In this document: positions 42,441 through 54,575 of the stretch, one piece after another | Position numbering within the stretch: position 1 is the first letter of the stretch | Layout: the number at the start of each line of letters is the position of its first letter | Assembly (NCBI GenBank): GCA_003170155.1 | Contig: PMZQ01000109.1 | Location: 2,155 to 66,154 of the forward strand | Length of the DNA stretch: 64,000 nt | Direction: 5' to 3' | Source of the DNA: Actinomycetota bacterium | GTDB taxonomy: Bacteria; Actinomycetota; Thermoleophilia; Gaiellales; Gaiellaceae | The notes under the pieces: model-generated | What the model was told of the DNA's origin: nothing | Seen by the model: the letters and a program-made list of their open reading frames with translations, nothing else | The model's database searches: none | Translations under genes and position numbers: made by a program

Positions 42441-43270
42441 TCCTGTTCAGCATCCTCAGCCCGCTTGAGAACCTGTTCCGAGCCATCCTCGACTGGCTGC
42501 ACAACAGCGGTCATCTCCCCTGGGCCTGGGCGATCGTGGCGCTGACGGTGATCGTGCGCGTGCTGATCGTCCCGCTCACGGTCAAGCAGATCCACTCTAT
42601 GCAGAGCCTGCAGGCGCACGCGCCGGAGATGAAGGAGCTCCAGAAGCGCTACAAGCACGACAAGCAGCGCCAGCAGCAGGAGTTGATGCGCTTCTACAAG
42701 GAGAACAACATCAACCCGATGGCCTCCTGCCTGCCGATGCTGGCGCAGTTCCCGGTCTTCATTTCTCTGTACTTCGTCCTGAAGCACTTTTCCAAGCACC
42801 CACCCTGCAACCTTCCAACCCTCAAGGGCACGAAGGCCGGAGCGGCATGCGTTGCGCGCGGGGACTTCTCCTGGCTCGGCCACGACTTCTTCCCCAACAT
42901 CGCCGCCAACATCATGTCGCATTGGAGCGGCTACCTGTTGCTCGTTATCTACGTTGGCAGCCAGCTCGCGTCGACCTATTTCATGTCGGCCACGGCGCAG
43001 AAGTCGCAGCGAGTAATGATGATGGTGCTGCCCTTCGTGATCCTGCCCTTCATCCTGAGGTTCCCGACCGGGCTCGTCCTCTACTGGGCGACGACGAACC
43101 TCTGGACGGTCGGGCAGGGCTTGATCACGAGAACGCTCATCCCCAAGCCCGCACCTCCGGCAAAGCGCTCCTCGCGGGCGCCATCGATCGAGGAGCGAGA
43201 GCAGACCGTTCAGAAACACCCGGCGCAGCCGCCACGGCTCGTCAAGCGCAAGAAGGGTAAGCGCCGCTGA
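42437..43270 (+). CDS. yidC: membrane protein insertase YidC
   Basis: ORF 42347..43270. GTG 42437 forms a GTGA overlap with the yidD stop. WAIVALTVIVRVLIVPLTVKQ...NPMASCLPMLAQFPVFISLY. Confidence 0.92.
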   Translation: MILFSILSPLENLFRAILDWLHNSGHLPWAWAIVALTVIVRVLIVPLTVKQIHSMQSLQAHAPEMKELQKRYKHDKQRQQQELMRFYKENNINPMASCLPMLAQFPVFISLYFVLKHFSKHPPCNLPTLKGTKAGAACVARGDFSWLGHDFFPNIAANIMSHWSGYLLLVIYVGSQLASTYFMSATAQKSQRVMMMVLPFVILPFILRFPTGLVLYWATTNLWTVGQGLITRTLIPKPAPPAKRSSRAPSIEEREQTVQKHPAQPPRLVKRKKGKRR

Positions 43271-43944
43271 TGGGCGAGCTGCGAGCCGAAGTCGAAGGGT
43301 CCGATGTCGCCGAAGCGCGAGCGCGGGCGATCGAGGAGATCCGTCGCCAGGCGCCCTGGGTCGAAGAGGACGATGTCAGGTTGCAGGTCGTCGAGGAGGG
43401 GGAGCGAGGCCTGCTCGGTATCGGAGCACGACCGGCACGAGTCGTCGCCTTCGCGCAGGTGTCCGAGCCCCCGAAGCGGGACGAGAGCGAGCTCGCGGTG
43501 TCGGTCCGCGACTACGCAGAACGGGTCGCTCGGGCGATCGGAGCGGAGTCGCACGTCGAGTTGAGTGAGGACGCGGAAGGGATCACCGTCCTCTTCGCCG
43601 GAGGCGATCTCGGCGTTCTCATCGGCCGGCGCGGCCAGACGATCGAAGCGATCGAGCAGCTAGCAAATGCGATCGTCTATCACCAGCTCGGGCCCGAGTC
43701 CAAGCGGATCACAGTCGACGCCGGCGGTTACCGCGAGCGCCAGAAGGTCGCCCTCAGCCACGCGGCTCTGCAGGCGGCCAAGCGTGCGATCTCGAGCGGC
43801 GAGCGGCAAGCCCTCGAGCAGATGAGTCCGTTCGAGCGCCGACTCGTGCACGAGCGCCTGAAGGAATACCCCGGGGTGACCACGACGAGCGAAGGGACGG
43901 ATCCGAACCGCTACGTCGTCGTTCTGCCCGCGGATGAAGCCTGA
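43270..43944 (+). CDS. jag: Jag/KhpB-type RNA-binding protein (KH + R3H)
   Basis: 224 aa. GRRGQTIEAIEQLAN (KH) and FERRLVHERLKEYPGVTTTSEG (R3H). Confidence 0.9.
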   Translation: MGELRAEVEGSDVAEARARAIEEIRRQAPWVEEDDVRLQVVEEGERGLLGIGARPARVVAFAQVSEPPKRDESELAVSVRDYAERVARAIGAESHVELSEDAEGITVLFAGGDLGVLIGRRGQTIEAIEQLANAIVYHQLGPESKRITVDAGGYRERQKVALSHAALQAAKRAISSGERQALEQMSPFERRLVHERLKEYPGVTTTSEGTDPNRYVVVLPADEA

Positions 43945-44548
43945 ACACGACCCGCGACTCGAGCACTGGCTCGGGGCTTTGCTCGAGACACCCGGGCTCA
44001 CCTCGATCAAAGATCGTGAGGCGGCCCGGCGAGAGCACGTCCTCGACAGCCTGGAAGCGGTTCCGCTTGCCGCTCGTTTCGCCGGCCCGATCGCCGATGT
44101 CGGCGCGGGCGGAGGCGCGCCGGGGATCCCGCTCGCAGTCGCCTTCCCCGAGCGCGAGGTGACGCTGATCGAGTCGCAGATGCGCAAATGCCGCTTTCTC
44201 GAGCGCTTCTGCGGAGAGTTCCCGAATCTACGCGTGATCTGCGGCCGGGCGGAGGAACAAGCGCTCGACTCCTTTGGTGTGGTGACGGCGAAGGCTCTCG
44301 CCCCGCCGCCGGTCGCACTCGAGTGGTGCCTTCCGCTCGTAAGCCCGGGTGGGGCGGCGATTCTATTCAGCGGACCGCTCGACTGCGATCTCGCCTCGGT
44401 GGCGCGATTGCTCGGTGGCGGCGAGCCCGAGCTGTACCCGGTTAGGGGATCGCGCGAGCGACTGCTGCTGGTGGTTCCGAAGCTCGCGCCGACGCCTCCG
44501 GGCTTCCCGCGGCGGCCCGGAATCGCGCGCAAGCGCCCGCTTGTTTGA
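43934..44548 (+). CDS. rsmG: 16S rRNA (guanine527-N7)-methyltransferase
   Basis: 204 aa, ADVGAGGGAPGIPLAV SAM motif. Canonical position between jag and parA. Confidence 0.9.
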   Translation: MKPEHDPRLEHWLGALLETPGLTSIKDREAARREHVLDSLEAVPLAARFAGPIADVGAGGGAPGIPLAVAFPEREVTLIESQMRKCRFLERFCGEFPNLRVICGRAEEQALDSFGVVTAKALAPPPVALEWCLPLVSPGGAAILFSGPLDCDLASVARLLGGGEPELYPVRGSRERLLLVVPKLAPTPPGFPRRPGIARKRPLV

Positions 44549-44589
44549 ACCCCGGGGCCTGTCCGTGCTCGTGGGTAGAGTGGGGCGGC

Positions 44590-45345
44590 ATGGCAGGCCA
44601 TATCTACGCGCTCGCGAACCAGAAGGGCGGGGTCGGAAAGACGACGACCGCGATCAACCTCGCCGCTTGCCTGGCCGAGGCCGGCGAGCCCGCCTTGGTG
44701 GTCGATCTCGACCCGCAGGCGAACGCGACCTCGGGCTTGGGCGAGCGTGCGAATGGCACCTCTTCGTACGACCTGCTCGACGGCGCTCCGCTCGACGATC
44801 TGATCAGGCACACGCGCTTCAGTAACCTCGACCTCGTCCCTGCCAAGCCCGATCTGGCCGGCGCCGTGGTGGAGCTGGCGCAGCGCCCCGGGGGCGATCG
44901 TTACCTGGCCGACGCGCTCTCCGAGGCGACTGCGCGCTACCGCTTCGTCTTCCTCGACTGCCCGCCCTCGCTCGGGCCACTGACTGTGAACGCGCTTGCC
45001 GCCGCCGACCGTGTGCTCGTGCCGGTGCAGGCCGAGTACTACGCGCTCGAGGGTCTTTCCCAGCTGATGCGCTCGATCGAGCTGGTGCGTCGGCGCCTCA
45101 ACCCTCGCCTGGCGATCGGCGGCGTGCTCCTGACCATGGTTGACGGACGGACGAGGCTTTCGGCAGATGTTGTCGAGGAGGTCAAGCGCCACTTCGGAGA
45201 GCTCGTCTTCAAGACCGCGGTGCCAAGATCGGTGCGACTGGCCGAGGCGCCCAGCTTTGGACTTCCCGTAATAGTCCACGACCGGCGCTCGTCGGGTGCC
45301 GAGGCCTACTGGAAGGTGGCGATGGAGCTTGTCGAGCGTTCTTAG
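44590..45345 (+). CDS. parA: chromosome partitioning ATPase ParA/Soj
   Basis: ORF 44545..45345. The conserved start MAGHIYALANQKGGVGKTTT is at ATG 44590. Confidence 0.95.
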   Translation: MAGHIYALANQKGGVGKTTTAINLAACLAEAGEPALVVDLDPQANATSGLGERANGTSSYDLLDGAPLDDLIRHTRFSNLDLVPAKPDLAGAVVELAQRPGGDRYLADALSEATARYRFVFLDCPPSLGPLTVNALAAADRVLVPVQAEYYALEGLSQLMRSIELVRRRLNPRLAIGGVLLTMVDGRTRLSADVVEEVKRHFGELVFKTAVPRSVRLAEAPSFGLPVIVHDRRSSGAEAYWKVAMELVERS

Positions 45346-45381
45346 TTGCAGGCTGACCGGCCTCGCCATCGGAGAACGTTC

Positions 45382-46230
45382 GTGACCAGTCAGCCTGCGG
45401 GCCGCAGGGGTCTTGGGCGCGGGCTCGAGGTGCTGGTCGGCGGCGCCGGCGAGTCCGACCTCGTACACCTGCCGCTGGAGATGATCCACGCCAACCCGCG
45501 CCAGCCGCGCAAGTCGTTCGGCTCCGAGGCGGCCGCCGGGCTCGCCGCCTCGGTCAAGGCGCAGGGCCTTTTGCAGCCGCTGATCGTGCGGCCGCGTAGC
45601 GAGGGCGGCTACGAGCTGATCGCCGGCGAACGGCGCTTGCGCGCGGCACGCGAGGCCGGATTGAACACAGTTCCGGCCGTGGTGCGGGAGGCCGACGACC
45701 GCGAGAGCCTCGTCCTCGGGCTGGTCGAGAACGTCGCCCGCGAGCAGCTCTCGGCGGTCGAAGAGTCGCGCGCCTACGCCGTGCTATTGGACGAGTTCGG
45801 ACTCTCGCTGGGCGAGATCGCAGATCGGGTCGGCCGCTCGAAGCCGTCGGTCTCGAACCGCCTGCGCCTGCTCGAGCTCCCCGACGAGGTACTGGAGATG
45901 CTCTCCGCCGGCGAGCTGAGCGAGGGTCACGCTCGCGCCGTACTAGCTCTCCCCGACCACGACGCCCGCAAGACGCTCGCCCGCCGCGCCGCCAAGAACG
46001 GCCTCTCGGTGCGCCAGGTCGAACAGGCGACCCGCGACGCCGGTGCACCACGCCAGCGTCGTACTCACTCTGCGCCGCTTGATCCCACGCTCGCCTCGCG
46101 AGCCGCCGCCGCTGCCGAGCGGCTGACCGGTTTCCGCACGCGTGTCAGCCCCGGCAAGCTCGAGATTCGTTTCGAGAATGAGACCGAACTGGCCGAACTG
46201 GCCGAGGCGTTAGAGCGGGCTACCGAGTAG
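45382..46230 (+). CDS. parB: chromosome partitioning protein ParB/Spo0J
   Basis: ORF 45346..46230. GTG 45382 is preceded by GGAGAA. RRGLGRGLEVL, GERRLRAAREAG and an HTH region. Confidence 0.93.
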   Translation: MTSQPAGRRGLGRGLEVLVGGAGESDLVHLPLEMIHANPRQPRKSFGSEAAAGLAASVKAQGLLQPLIVRPRSEGGYELIAGERRLRAAREAGLNTVPAVVREADDRESLVLGLVENVAREQLSAVEESRAYAVLLDEFGLSLGEIADRVGRSKPSVSNRLRLLELPDEVLEMLSAGELSEGHARAVLALPDHDARKTLARRAAKNGLSVRQVEQATRDAGAPRQRRTHSAPLDPTLASRAAAAAERLTGFRTRVSPGKLEIRFENETELAELAEALERATE

Positions 46231-46477
46231 CGCCAACCGGAGCTCGATCAACAAGAATCGCCTCTCGCGCTCTCGGGGTGCCGCTGGCGGTGCGAGTAGG
46301 GAGAGGACAACGCTTGCTTCACGCCCGCGTAGAGGATCGCGCGCCAGCCAAGCCAACGAAACTCGTCACTCCCAGTCCGGTCGCCGCGGCCGACATCGCG
46401 GACGCGGCTCGCTCAGCGCCATCCCCAACTTAGCGGGGAGTAAAGCGCCGTAGGCGCGTACGACCCGCCTCACGTCA

Positions 46478-46524
46478 CCGCCGAAAGTCGCGATGCCCTC
46501 CAGAGGAGGGCGGACTTTCGGCGG
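46478..46524. terminator. long GC hairpin 3' of tRNA-Ile
   Basis: Outer stem CCGCCGAAAGTC/GACTTTCGGCGG (12 bp) with inner stem GCCCTCC-AGA-GGAGGGC. Confidence 0.6.
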
Positions 46525-46528
46525 TTAG

Positions 46529-46602
46529 TGGGCGATGGTGGATTCGAACCACCGACCTCCGCCTTATCAGAGCGGCGCTCTAACCAACTGAGCTAATCGC
46601 CC
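46529..46602 (-). tRNA. tRNA-Ile (anticodon GAT)
   Basis: Reverse complement is GGGCGATTAGCTCAGTTGGTTAGAGCGCCGCTCTGATAAGGCGGAGGTCGGTGGTTCGAATCCACCATCGCCCA. All four arms pair. Confidence 0.93.
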
Positions 46603-46711
46603 GCGCGGCTGCGGATGATAGCTCGCTCGCCAGTCCGGCGCGAGCAGGCGATGAAGAGTTCGTGGTTTCCTCCGACAGCCCCGAGGCTACAATCGAAAGT
46701 AGGGTCGAGCG

Positions 46712-47227
46712 ATGATCAAGATGGAGATCTATGGGGTCAGCTTCGATCTCGGCAGCAAGACGCCGATCGTTTTGCTGAAGATGGTCGGAGGCAACAAGTT
46801 CTTGCCGATCTGGATCGGTCATCCAGAGGCGGCGGCGATCCTGATCAAGCTGCAGGACGCGCCCGCTCCGCGACCGATGACGCATGACCTTGCCGCCGAC
46901 ATCGTTCAGCAACTGGGCGGCGAGGTGGTCTCGATCGTTGTGACCGAGGTACGCGACAGCACCTTTTACGCCCGCATCACGGTGCGCCAGAACGGCGACG
47001 AGATCGAGATCGACTCCCGCCCCTCCGACGCCATCGCCATCGCCATCCGCGTCGATGCTCCCATCTTCGCCTCTGACGAGGTGATGGCGGAATCCGCGGT
47101 CGAGTTCGAGGGCGAGGAGAGCGAGGAGGAGATGGTCGCTCAGTTCAAGCAGTTCCTGGAGACCGTCTCGCCGGAGGAATTCGCTCTCGGCGACGAGGGC
47201 GAGCAGGGCGGCGAGGAAGAGAACTAG
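46712..47227 (+). CDS. bifunctional nuclease (BFN/DUF151) family protein with acidic tail
   Basis: 171 aa. PIVLLKMVGGNKFLPIWIGHPEAAAI...RPMTHDL...RPSDAIAIAIR. Confidence 0.88.
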   Translation: MIKMEIYGVSFDLGSKTPIVLLKMVGGNKFLPIWIGHPEAAAILIKLQDAPAPRPMTHDLAADIVQQLGGEVVSIVVTEVRDSTFYARITVRQNGDEIEIDSRPSDAIAIAIRVDAPIFASDEVMAESAVEFEGEESEEEMVAQFKQFLETVSPEEFALGDEGEQGGEEEN

Positions 47228-47431
47228 CGATAGGTTGGTCGCCGCGACGAGCCTGCGCAGGCGCGGCTAAGAAACGCTGCCACCGACTACCGCGTTACGT
47301 ACCCCGCTTCCAACTCCAGCCAGCCTGTCCCGAATGTAGGAGCAGGCGCCGCCGCAGCCGTGATGACTCGCGCGAAGAGATACGCCGGCGGAAGTTCAGG
47401 TGTGCTTCGCGGGCCGACTCTCGCCGGAAAT

Positions 47432-47710
47432 CTAGCGAGCGGACTCGCGTTTGCTCAGCGTCAGCACGGTCTCGAACAGCTCCAGTAGGGCCTCGTCCGA
47501 GAAAGTCCCGTCGTTGGCCTCGCGCCACATCGCGAGCAGTAGCAGCTCGCGCTCTGGGTCAACGAGGGCGTATCCGCGCTCCTGCTTGTGGCTCCGGATC
47601 CTGGCGGCAGACTGCAGGCGACGGGTGAAGGCTGCCACGAGGTCTCGATCGGCAGCGGCGATCTCCTCGCGCAACGAAAGAAGGATGGGGTCTTCGGCCT
47701 GGTCGCTCAT
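47432..47710 (-). CDS. chorismate mutase (AroQ class)
   Basis: ORF 47432..47812. LLSLREEIAAADRDLVAAFTRRLQSAARIRSHKQERGYALVDPERE. The start must lie below 47754 (ATG 47710 or 47731). Confidence 0.85.
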   Translation of the reverse strand: MSDQAEDPILLSLREEIAAADRDLVAAFTRRLQSAARIRSHKQERGYALVDPERELLLLAMWREANDGTFSDEALLELFETVLTLSKRESAR

Positions 47711-47753
47711 GGGTCGGAGATGGTAGCCCATGCGCGTACCGATCTCGTTTGTA

Positions 47754-49088
47754 CTAGTAATGAATGAGGACGCGCGTGTAGGGCGGAATGAGGCTGTAGA
47801 GACGGATCGCAACCCACATCGGCACGCGCACGCAGCCGTGGGAGGCCGGGTAAGGGGGCACGACCACGTAGCCGTGAATGGCGAAAGCGCCGGTGAAGTA
47901 GTTCGAGTAGTACATGACGGCCCCGCCCGGAACCTTGCTGTAGACGTGGAAAAGCCCGACCGGCGTGTTCCCTGTCGCTCCGGTCGAAACAGGAACGATC
48001 AACGTCACCTTGCTATTGCGCACGACGTAGAGAACCTGCTTGGTCTTGTCGACCTCGATGTAGTTACCCCGCAGCCGTGGTCGCGGAAGCTTGTCGCGGC
48101 CGAGCGCCAGCCACGTCGCAGCGCTCATCGAGCCGGTGCGCGGGAGACCGGCGAGCTTCTGAACCGCGTAGACCGCCTCGAGCGTGTCGGCGCCGAAGAT
48201 CGAGTCGGTGCGTGGGAGCGCGAAGTGATGAGCGACGAGCTCGCGCTCGAGCAGGCGCACGCTCGGCCCCCGCGAGCCGACACGAAGCGGGGGCGCTGTC
48301 ACCTCGAAGTGGAATTCGTCCCCGGCCGGCTGGTAGCCGTCGCTTGGCACGACCGCGACCCAGGCGGTGTAGGTCCCGCCTAGCGAGGTCGGGAGGCGGA
48401 AAGGGTCTCCGGCGCTGAAGGCTCGAGTCATGACGCGATGTCCGCGGCGTACGGCCACCAATCGGAGCGTGCCGGCGCCGGCCGGTTGCAGACGCGAGTA
48501 GAGCAGGAGCGATTGCCCGACGATTCGCTCACCCTTCAGGGAGGTCGTAAGCCGCGGCTGGATCGGAGCGATCGTGGGATCGGACACGACTGCGCCGGAA
48601 CGAGCGATGTAGGGCCCCGGGGTCTCGAGCCGGAGATTGAAGACGAAGCTGCCGTCGGCCACGGTCTGAGTGTGTGTGACCACGTTGTCGCCGAGTAAAA
48701 GATCCACGTCCACGGCGTTCTTGGCCGGCAGGAGCCGCCCGGCGATCGAGCTGGTCTCGCCGTACTGGGTCACCGCCGGTAAGTCCAGCTGAAGTGCCTG
48801 GGATTCGATCGCGAAGGTCGTGACGACCGAACCGTCGACGCTGAACGTAACCGTGAAAGCGCCCGGCGTGAACGTGTGCGTCACGGTCGCGCCATCGGCC
48901 GCTTGGCTGTCACCGAAGTCCCAGTGATAAGCAGAGCCGCTGCAACCGTCCGCGGTGAAGGTCACGGGCAGCGGCGCGGGCCCGGAGACAGCACTCGCAC
49001 TGGCAGAGCAAATCGCTGCGTGCGCCGGCGTTGCCGCTCCGACCGGCACGGCAACGAGAGCGATTGCAAGAAGCACCGGGAGCCGCAT
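47754..49088 (-). CDS. secreted L,D-transpeptidase with PKD-like and peptidoglycan-binding domains
   Basis: Signal peptide. PKD-like YHWDFGDSQAADGATVTHTF. PG-binding GSRGPSVRLLERELV...AVYAVQKLAGLPRTG. YkuD catalytic HGY...ASHGCVR. Confidence 0.88.
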   Translation of the reverse strand: MRLPVLLAIALVAVPVGAATPAHAAICSASASAVSGPAPLPVTFTADGCSGSAYHWDFGDSQAADGATVTHTFTPGAFTVTFSVDGSVVTTFAIESQALQLDLPAVTQYGETSSIAGRLLPAKNAVDVDLLLGDNVVTHTQTVADGSFVFNLRLETPGPYIARSGAVVSDPTIAPIQPRLTTSLKGERIVGQSLLLYSRLQPAGAGTLRLVAVRRGHRVMTRAFSAGDPFRLPTSLGGTYTAWVAVVPSDGYQPAGDEFHFEVTAPPLRVGSRGPSVRLLERELVAHHFALPRTDSIFGADTLEAVYAVQKLAGLPRTGSMSAATWLALGRDKLPRPRLRGNYIEVDKTKQVLYVVRNSKVTLIVPVSTGATGNTPVGLFHVYSKVPGGAVMYYSNYFTGAFAIHGYVVVPPYPASHGCVRVPMWVAIRLYSLIPPYTRVLIHY

Positions 49089-49137
49089 AGCTGCGCAGAA
49101 TACCCCGGCCGTCGGTTCTGGGGAAGAGGGATGAGGC

Positions 49138-49830
49138 TCAGTGGCCGAACAGGTGGCTGATCGAGTGGCCGTATGCCAGTGCCAGTGCTAGCGCGTTGAA
49201 GAGCCCGTGAACGACCATCCCGGGAACGACGCTATCCGAGCGCTCGCGCAGGTAGCCGAGCCCGATGCCGAAGACCGCAAGGGGAAAGATCCCCGCGGGG
49301 ATCCCGTGCATGAGCGCCCAGGCAAGGGCCGGAACGATTATCGAGACGCCTCGTCCGAGCGGGCGGAAAAGCCCGAAGCCGAGGCCGCGAACGAACAGCT
49401 CCTCCGTAAAAGGTGAGAGAACGACGAGTGCGACGGCGTTGGCCGCGAACGCCGCGCTGTGGCCGGCTTGCCAATGCTCGGTCAGAAGTCCCTGCTCGCG
49501 CGCGGGGTTACCTCCGAGCATCGAGACGATCGCACTCGCAGCGAACGTGGCGACCAGTGCAAGCAGACCTAGTCCGAGCACGGCCGGGAGCGAAATCTGC
49601 GACCGACGCAGCGCGCGCAGCTCGGGCTTGCCGTTGGAGATGGCGAAAGAGATCGCAACCCAGACAGCGGCGAACACGGCTGAACCGACCGCCGTCGACC
49701 ATTGGAAGAGCGCATTCGTTGTCGAGTTCGTGCTGCCGCTCGAGCTGTAAGCGGCAAAGTTGGTGATGCTGAGCAGCGCGCCGAAGGCGATCCAGCTCGC
49801 CAGCCTGACGGAGTTCACGCGCCGGCTCAC
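49138..49830 (-). CDS. CPBP-family intramembrane glutamic endopeptidase
   Basis: 230-aa polytopic ORF with EELFVRG and HGLFN motifs. GTGA overlap with the HAD gene stop. Confidence 0.85.
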   Translation of the reverse strand: MSRRVNSVRLASWIAFGALLSITNFAAYSSSGSTNSTTNALFQWSTAVGSAVFAAVWVAISFAISNGKPELRALRRSQISLPAVLGLGLLALVATFAASAIVSMLGGNPAREQGLLTEHWQAGHSAAFAANAVALVVLSPFTEELFVRGLGFGLFRPLGRGVSIIVPALAWALMHGIPAGIFPLAVFGIGLGYLRERSDSVVPGMVVHGLFNALALALAYGHSISHLFGH

Positions 49831-50459
49831 GTCCAGCCCTCGAACGCGGTTGCCAGTGGAGCTGGAGCGAACAGCATCCCTGTCGCCAGCGCGCCGACGC
49901 GATCACTCTCCTCGTCGCCGACGTGGAGAGCGCGCTCGGGCGCCGACGCGAGTCTCTCGATCGCGTAACGGAAGATGCGGGGATCCGGCTTTGCGAGGCC
50001 GGTCTCGGCGGACGTGACGACGAGATCGACGAGCTCGGTCAAGCCGAGCTGCTCGAGCGTCTCGCCGAGCGAGCAGTCCCAGTTGGAGACAATCGCGATC
50101 GCCAAGCCTCGCCCTCGCAGATCGGATAGCACCTCGACGGCTCTCCGCTCGGGCTGGAAGCGAAACGAGCCGAGGAAGTCGGGCAGAAAGCTGTCGATGT
50201 CGAGCCCGACAGCCAGCGCGTCGAGAAAGATCCCGCAGCACTCGCGCCTGATCTGCGCGACCGATTGGCTGTCGCGCCCGTCCGGCGCCCGTTTTCGGTA
50301 ATGCGCGATCTCGGTGCGGAAAGCGGCTCCGATTTCACCGAGGGAGCGCTCCACGCCGTGGCTTCGCAATCCACGCTCGAGCCCGGGAAGAGGATCGGCG
50401 AGCCCGATCAGTGTTCCGTTTGCGTCGACGGTGACGCAGTCGAGATCAGCGAAACGCAT
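49827..50459 (-). CDS. HAD-superfamily hydrolase
   Basis: 210 aa. Motif I variant TVDANGTL. ...SNWD...HVGDE..D. Confidence 0.8.
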   Translation of the reverse strand: MRFADLDCVTVDANGTLIGLADPLPGLERGLRSHGVERSLGEIGAAFRTEIAHYRKRAPDGRDSQSVAQIRRECCGIFLDALAVGLDIDSFLPDFLGSFRFQPERRAVEVLSDLRGRGLAIAIVSNWDCSLGETLEQLGLTELVDLVVTSAETGLAKPDPRIFRYAIERLASAPERALHVGDEESDRVGALATGMLFAPAPLATAFEGWT

Positions 50460-51354
50460 CTGGATGAAACGCTCTCGCCAGGCCGCTCAGCACCGCCGCG
50501 GCCTCGGGCCCCGGCTCGAGCAGGCTCATGTTCGCGTGGACGACGCGACCCGAGCGGATCGCCGGCAGCCACTTGATCCTCCGGTCGCGGCGCAAGGCGG
50601 CGAGAGTGACCTGCGAGTCGGAGGAGATGACCCAGACCTTCGGCTTGAGGTGGCGCAGTCGCTCGATTGGGAACGGGCCCTCCTGAGGATCTATCCCGGC
50701 CACATCGATTCCGCCCGCCTCCCTGAGGATGCTGCCGATGAAGGAGCTGCTGGAGACGGTTGCAAAGTGGCCCAGATCGAAGAAAACGCGCACCGGCGTA
50801 GTCCCGGCGATCGCCGCCTTCACGTTCTCTCGCGTTCGCGCCAGATGTTCGCGGGCATCCCGTCCGCGGAGCGGAACGCCGGCCAGCAGACTGATGTCGG
50901 TCAAGGCCTTCTCGATTCCATCGAGCGTCTGATCGGGCACCACATACACACCGATCTTGAGCGCTCGCGCTTGGTCGAGAGCCGCGTCGCTGACCTCCGA
51001 GCCGGCGATAAGGAGTTGTGGCTTAAGCTTGCGAATGAGGCCGAGGTCGAGGTTACCGGCGTTGTCGCCGACGGACGTGACCGTGATCGCGAGGGCTTCC
51101 GCGATCTGCGCAGGGGCCTGCCCGGCGACCCCGATTCGTATGGGCGCCCTGGCCAGAGTGATCATGTCCCGGTTGGCGTCGCGAACAGTCACCGGATAGA
51201 GCGGCACTCGCGCGCCGGTTGGCTCGCGCTTCTCCCCGCAAGCGCTGAGCAGCATCAGGGCGCAGAAAAGTGCCGGCGCGAGCAGAACGAGCCAGGTACG
51301 ACCGAAGCGCCCAGCGCCGGAAGGACGGCGATGAGGTGCACGAAGAGTGCGCAC
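50446..51354 (-). CDS. ABC-transporter periplasmic binding lipoprotein (BtuF/siderophore-type cluster A fold), orphan
   Basis: Lipobox LLSAC. ...LKPQLLIAGSE...VYVVPDQTLDGIEKALTDISLLAG... No permease or ATPase genes adjacent. Confidence 0.75.
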   Translation of the reverse strand: MRTLRAPHRRPSGAGRFGRTWLVLLAPALFCALMLLSACGEKREPTGARVPLYPVTVRDANRDMITLARAPIRIGVAGQAPAQIAEALAITVTSVGDNAGNLDLGLIRKLKPQLLIAGSEVSDAALDQARALKIGVYVVPDQTLDGIEKALTDISLLAGVPLRGRDAREHLARTRENVKAAIAGTTPVRVFFDLGHFATVSSSSFIGSILREAGGIDVAGIDPQEGPFPIERLRHLKPKVWVISSDSQVTLAALRRDRRIKWLPAIRSGRVVHANMSLLEPGPEAAAVLSGLARAFHPDAFR

Positions 51355-51453
51355 GTCGCCGTCGATGATATCGGCGGCGGTCGATCACCCTCGCCGCAGT
51401 CGTTTTTTTTGGAGCCGCTGAGGAACACGCGCCTGTTTGTGGAATAGGAGCGC

Positions 51454-52175
51454 ATGCATGACTGGCACCGGCTCGCTGTCGTCGGCGTCGTGGTGGCGCT
51501 CGCGTTATTACTCTCCGAGATCGTCGATCGGGCGATGGCGCGGCGAAAGCTCGAACCCGGGGCGATCACTCGCTACCGCGTGCTCAGGAGAAGCGTCCGC
51601 TCGGGAATCGTCTTTGTCGGTCTGCTATCGGCGCTGCTCGCGATTCCCCAGGTGAGAGCGGTGGCCGGGGGAATTCTCGCCTCCTCGGCGATTATCGGCA
51701 TAGTCGCCGGATTCGCGGCTCGCAGCACCTTCGCCAACGTGATCGCCGGCCTGATGATCGCGGTCACGCAACCCCTGCGCCTCGGCGACCTGATCGAGAC
51801 GGGCGGCCAGCAGGGTGTGGTCGAGGAGATCAACCTGATCTACACCTTCGTCAAACTGGAAGACGGCTCGAGACTGGTGATACCGAATGAGAAGCTCGCC
51901 TCAGATACCATAAAAAATGCCTCGATTCGGAGGGATGAAGCGGTTGCGCAGGTCAGTGTGCAGATCCCGCTTGGGCTCGATCTCGCGCGAGTCGTAAGTG
52001 GTCTGAAGGAGATGCTGACAGGAGAGCCGGGCTTAGAGGTTTATGTGAGCGAGCTTTCAGAGAGAGCGACTCTTCAGGTGAGGACGATCGCGCCCGACGC
52101 CAGGTCGGCCGAAGAGGCCGAACAAACACTCCGGCTACGCGTGCACGAGCACTTGCGCGAACAGGAAATCCTGCC

Positions 52176-52179
<4 letters not shown>
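51454..52179 (+). CDS. small-conductance mechanosensitive channel (MscS family)
   Basis: 241 aa. GIVAGFAARSTFANVIAGLMIAVTQPLRLGDLIE...VVEEINLIYT...IPNEKL. Confidence 0.88.
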
Positions 52180-54395
<2,216 letters not shown>

Positions 54396-54575
54396 CGCGG
54401 CCGGACAGTCTCCAAGGGCCTATCTCGCCAGATCTACGCGCTCGAAGAGGCCGCTCCACGGCGCCAGCGGCCGCCCAGACCACTCGACGCACTACGAGTG
54501 TGGTTTCACCTCTCGTCCGACCCATGGCATCCACGGCTTGACCGCCTCGGTCTCACATTCCTACCGAAATAGGCT

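Noticed and set aside
43660-45489. 609-aa minus-strand ORF. Similar long ORFs include 1952..3010, 16735..17757, 30323..31366, 33199..34281, 35459..36694 and 52074..53333.
   Set aside because: All are antisense or out of frame to strongly recognisable genes (jag/rsmG/parA, MFS, pstS, SPFH, gyrA, gyrB, PBP). They have Arg/Pro/Gly-rich low-complexity translations typical of shadow ORFs in high-GC DNA.
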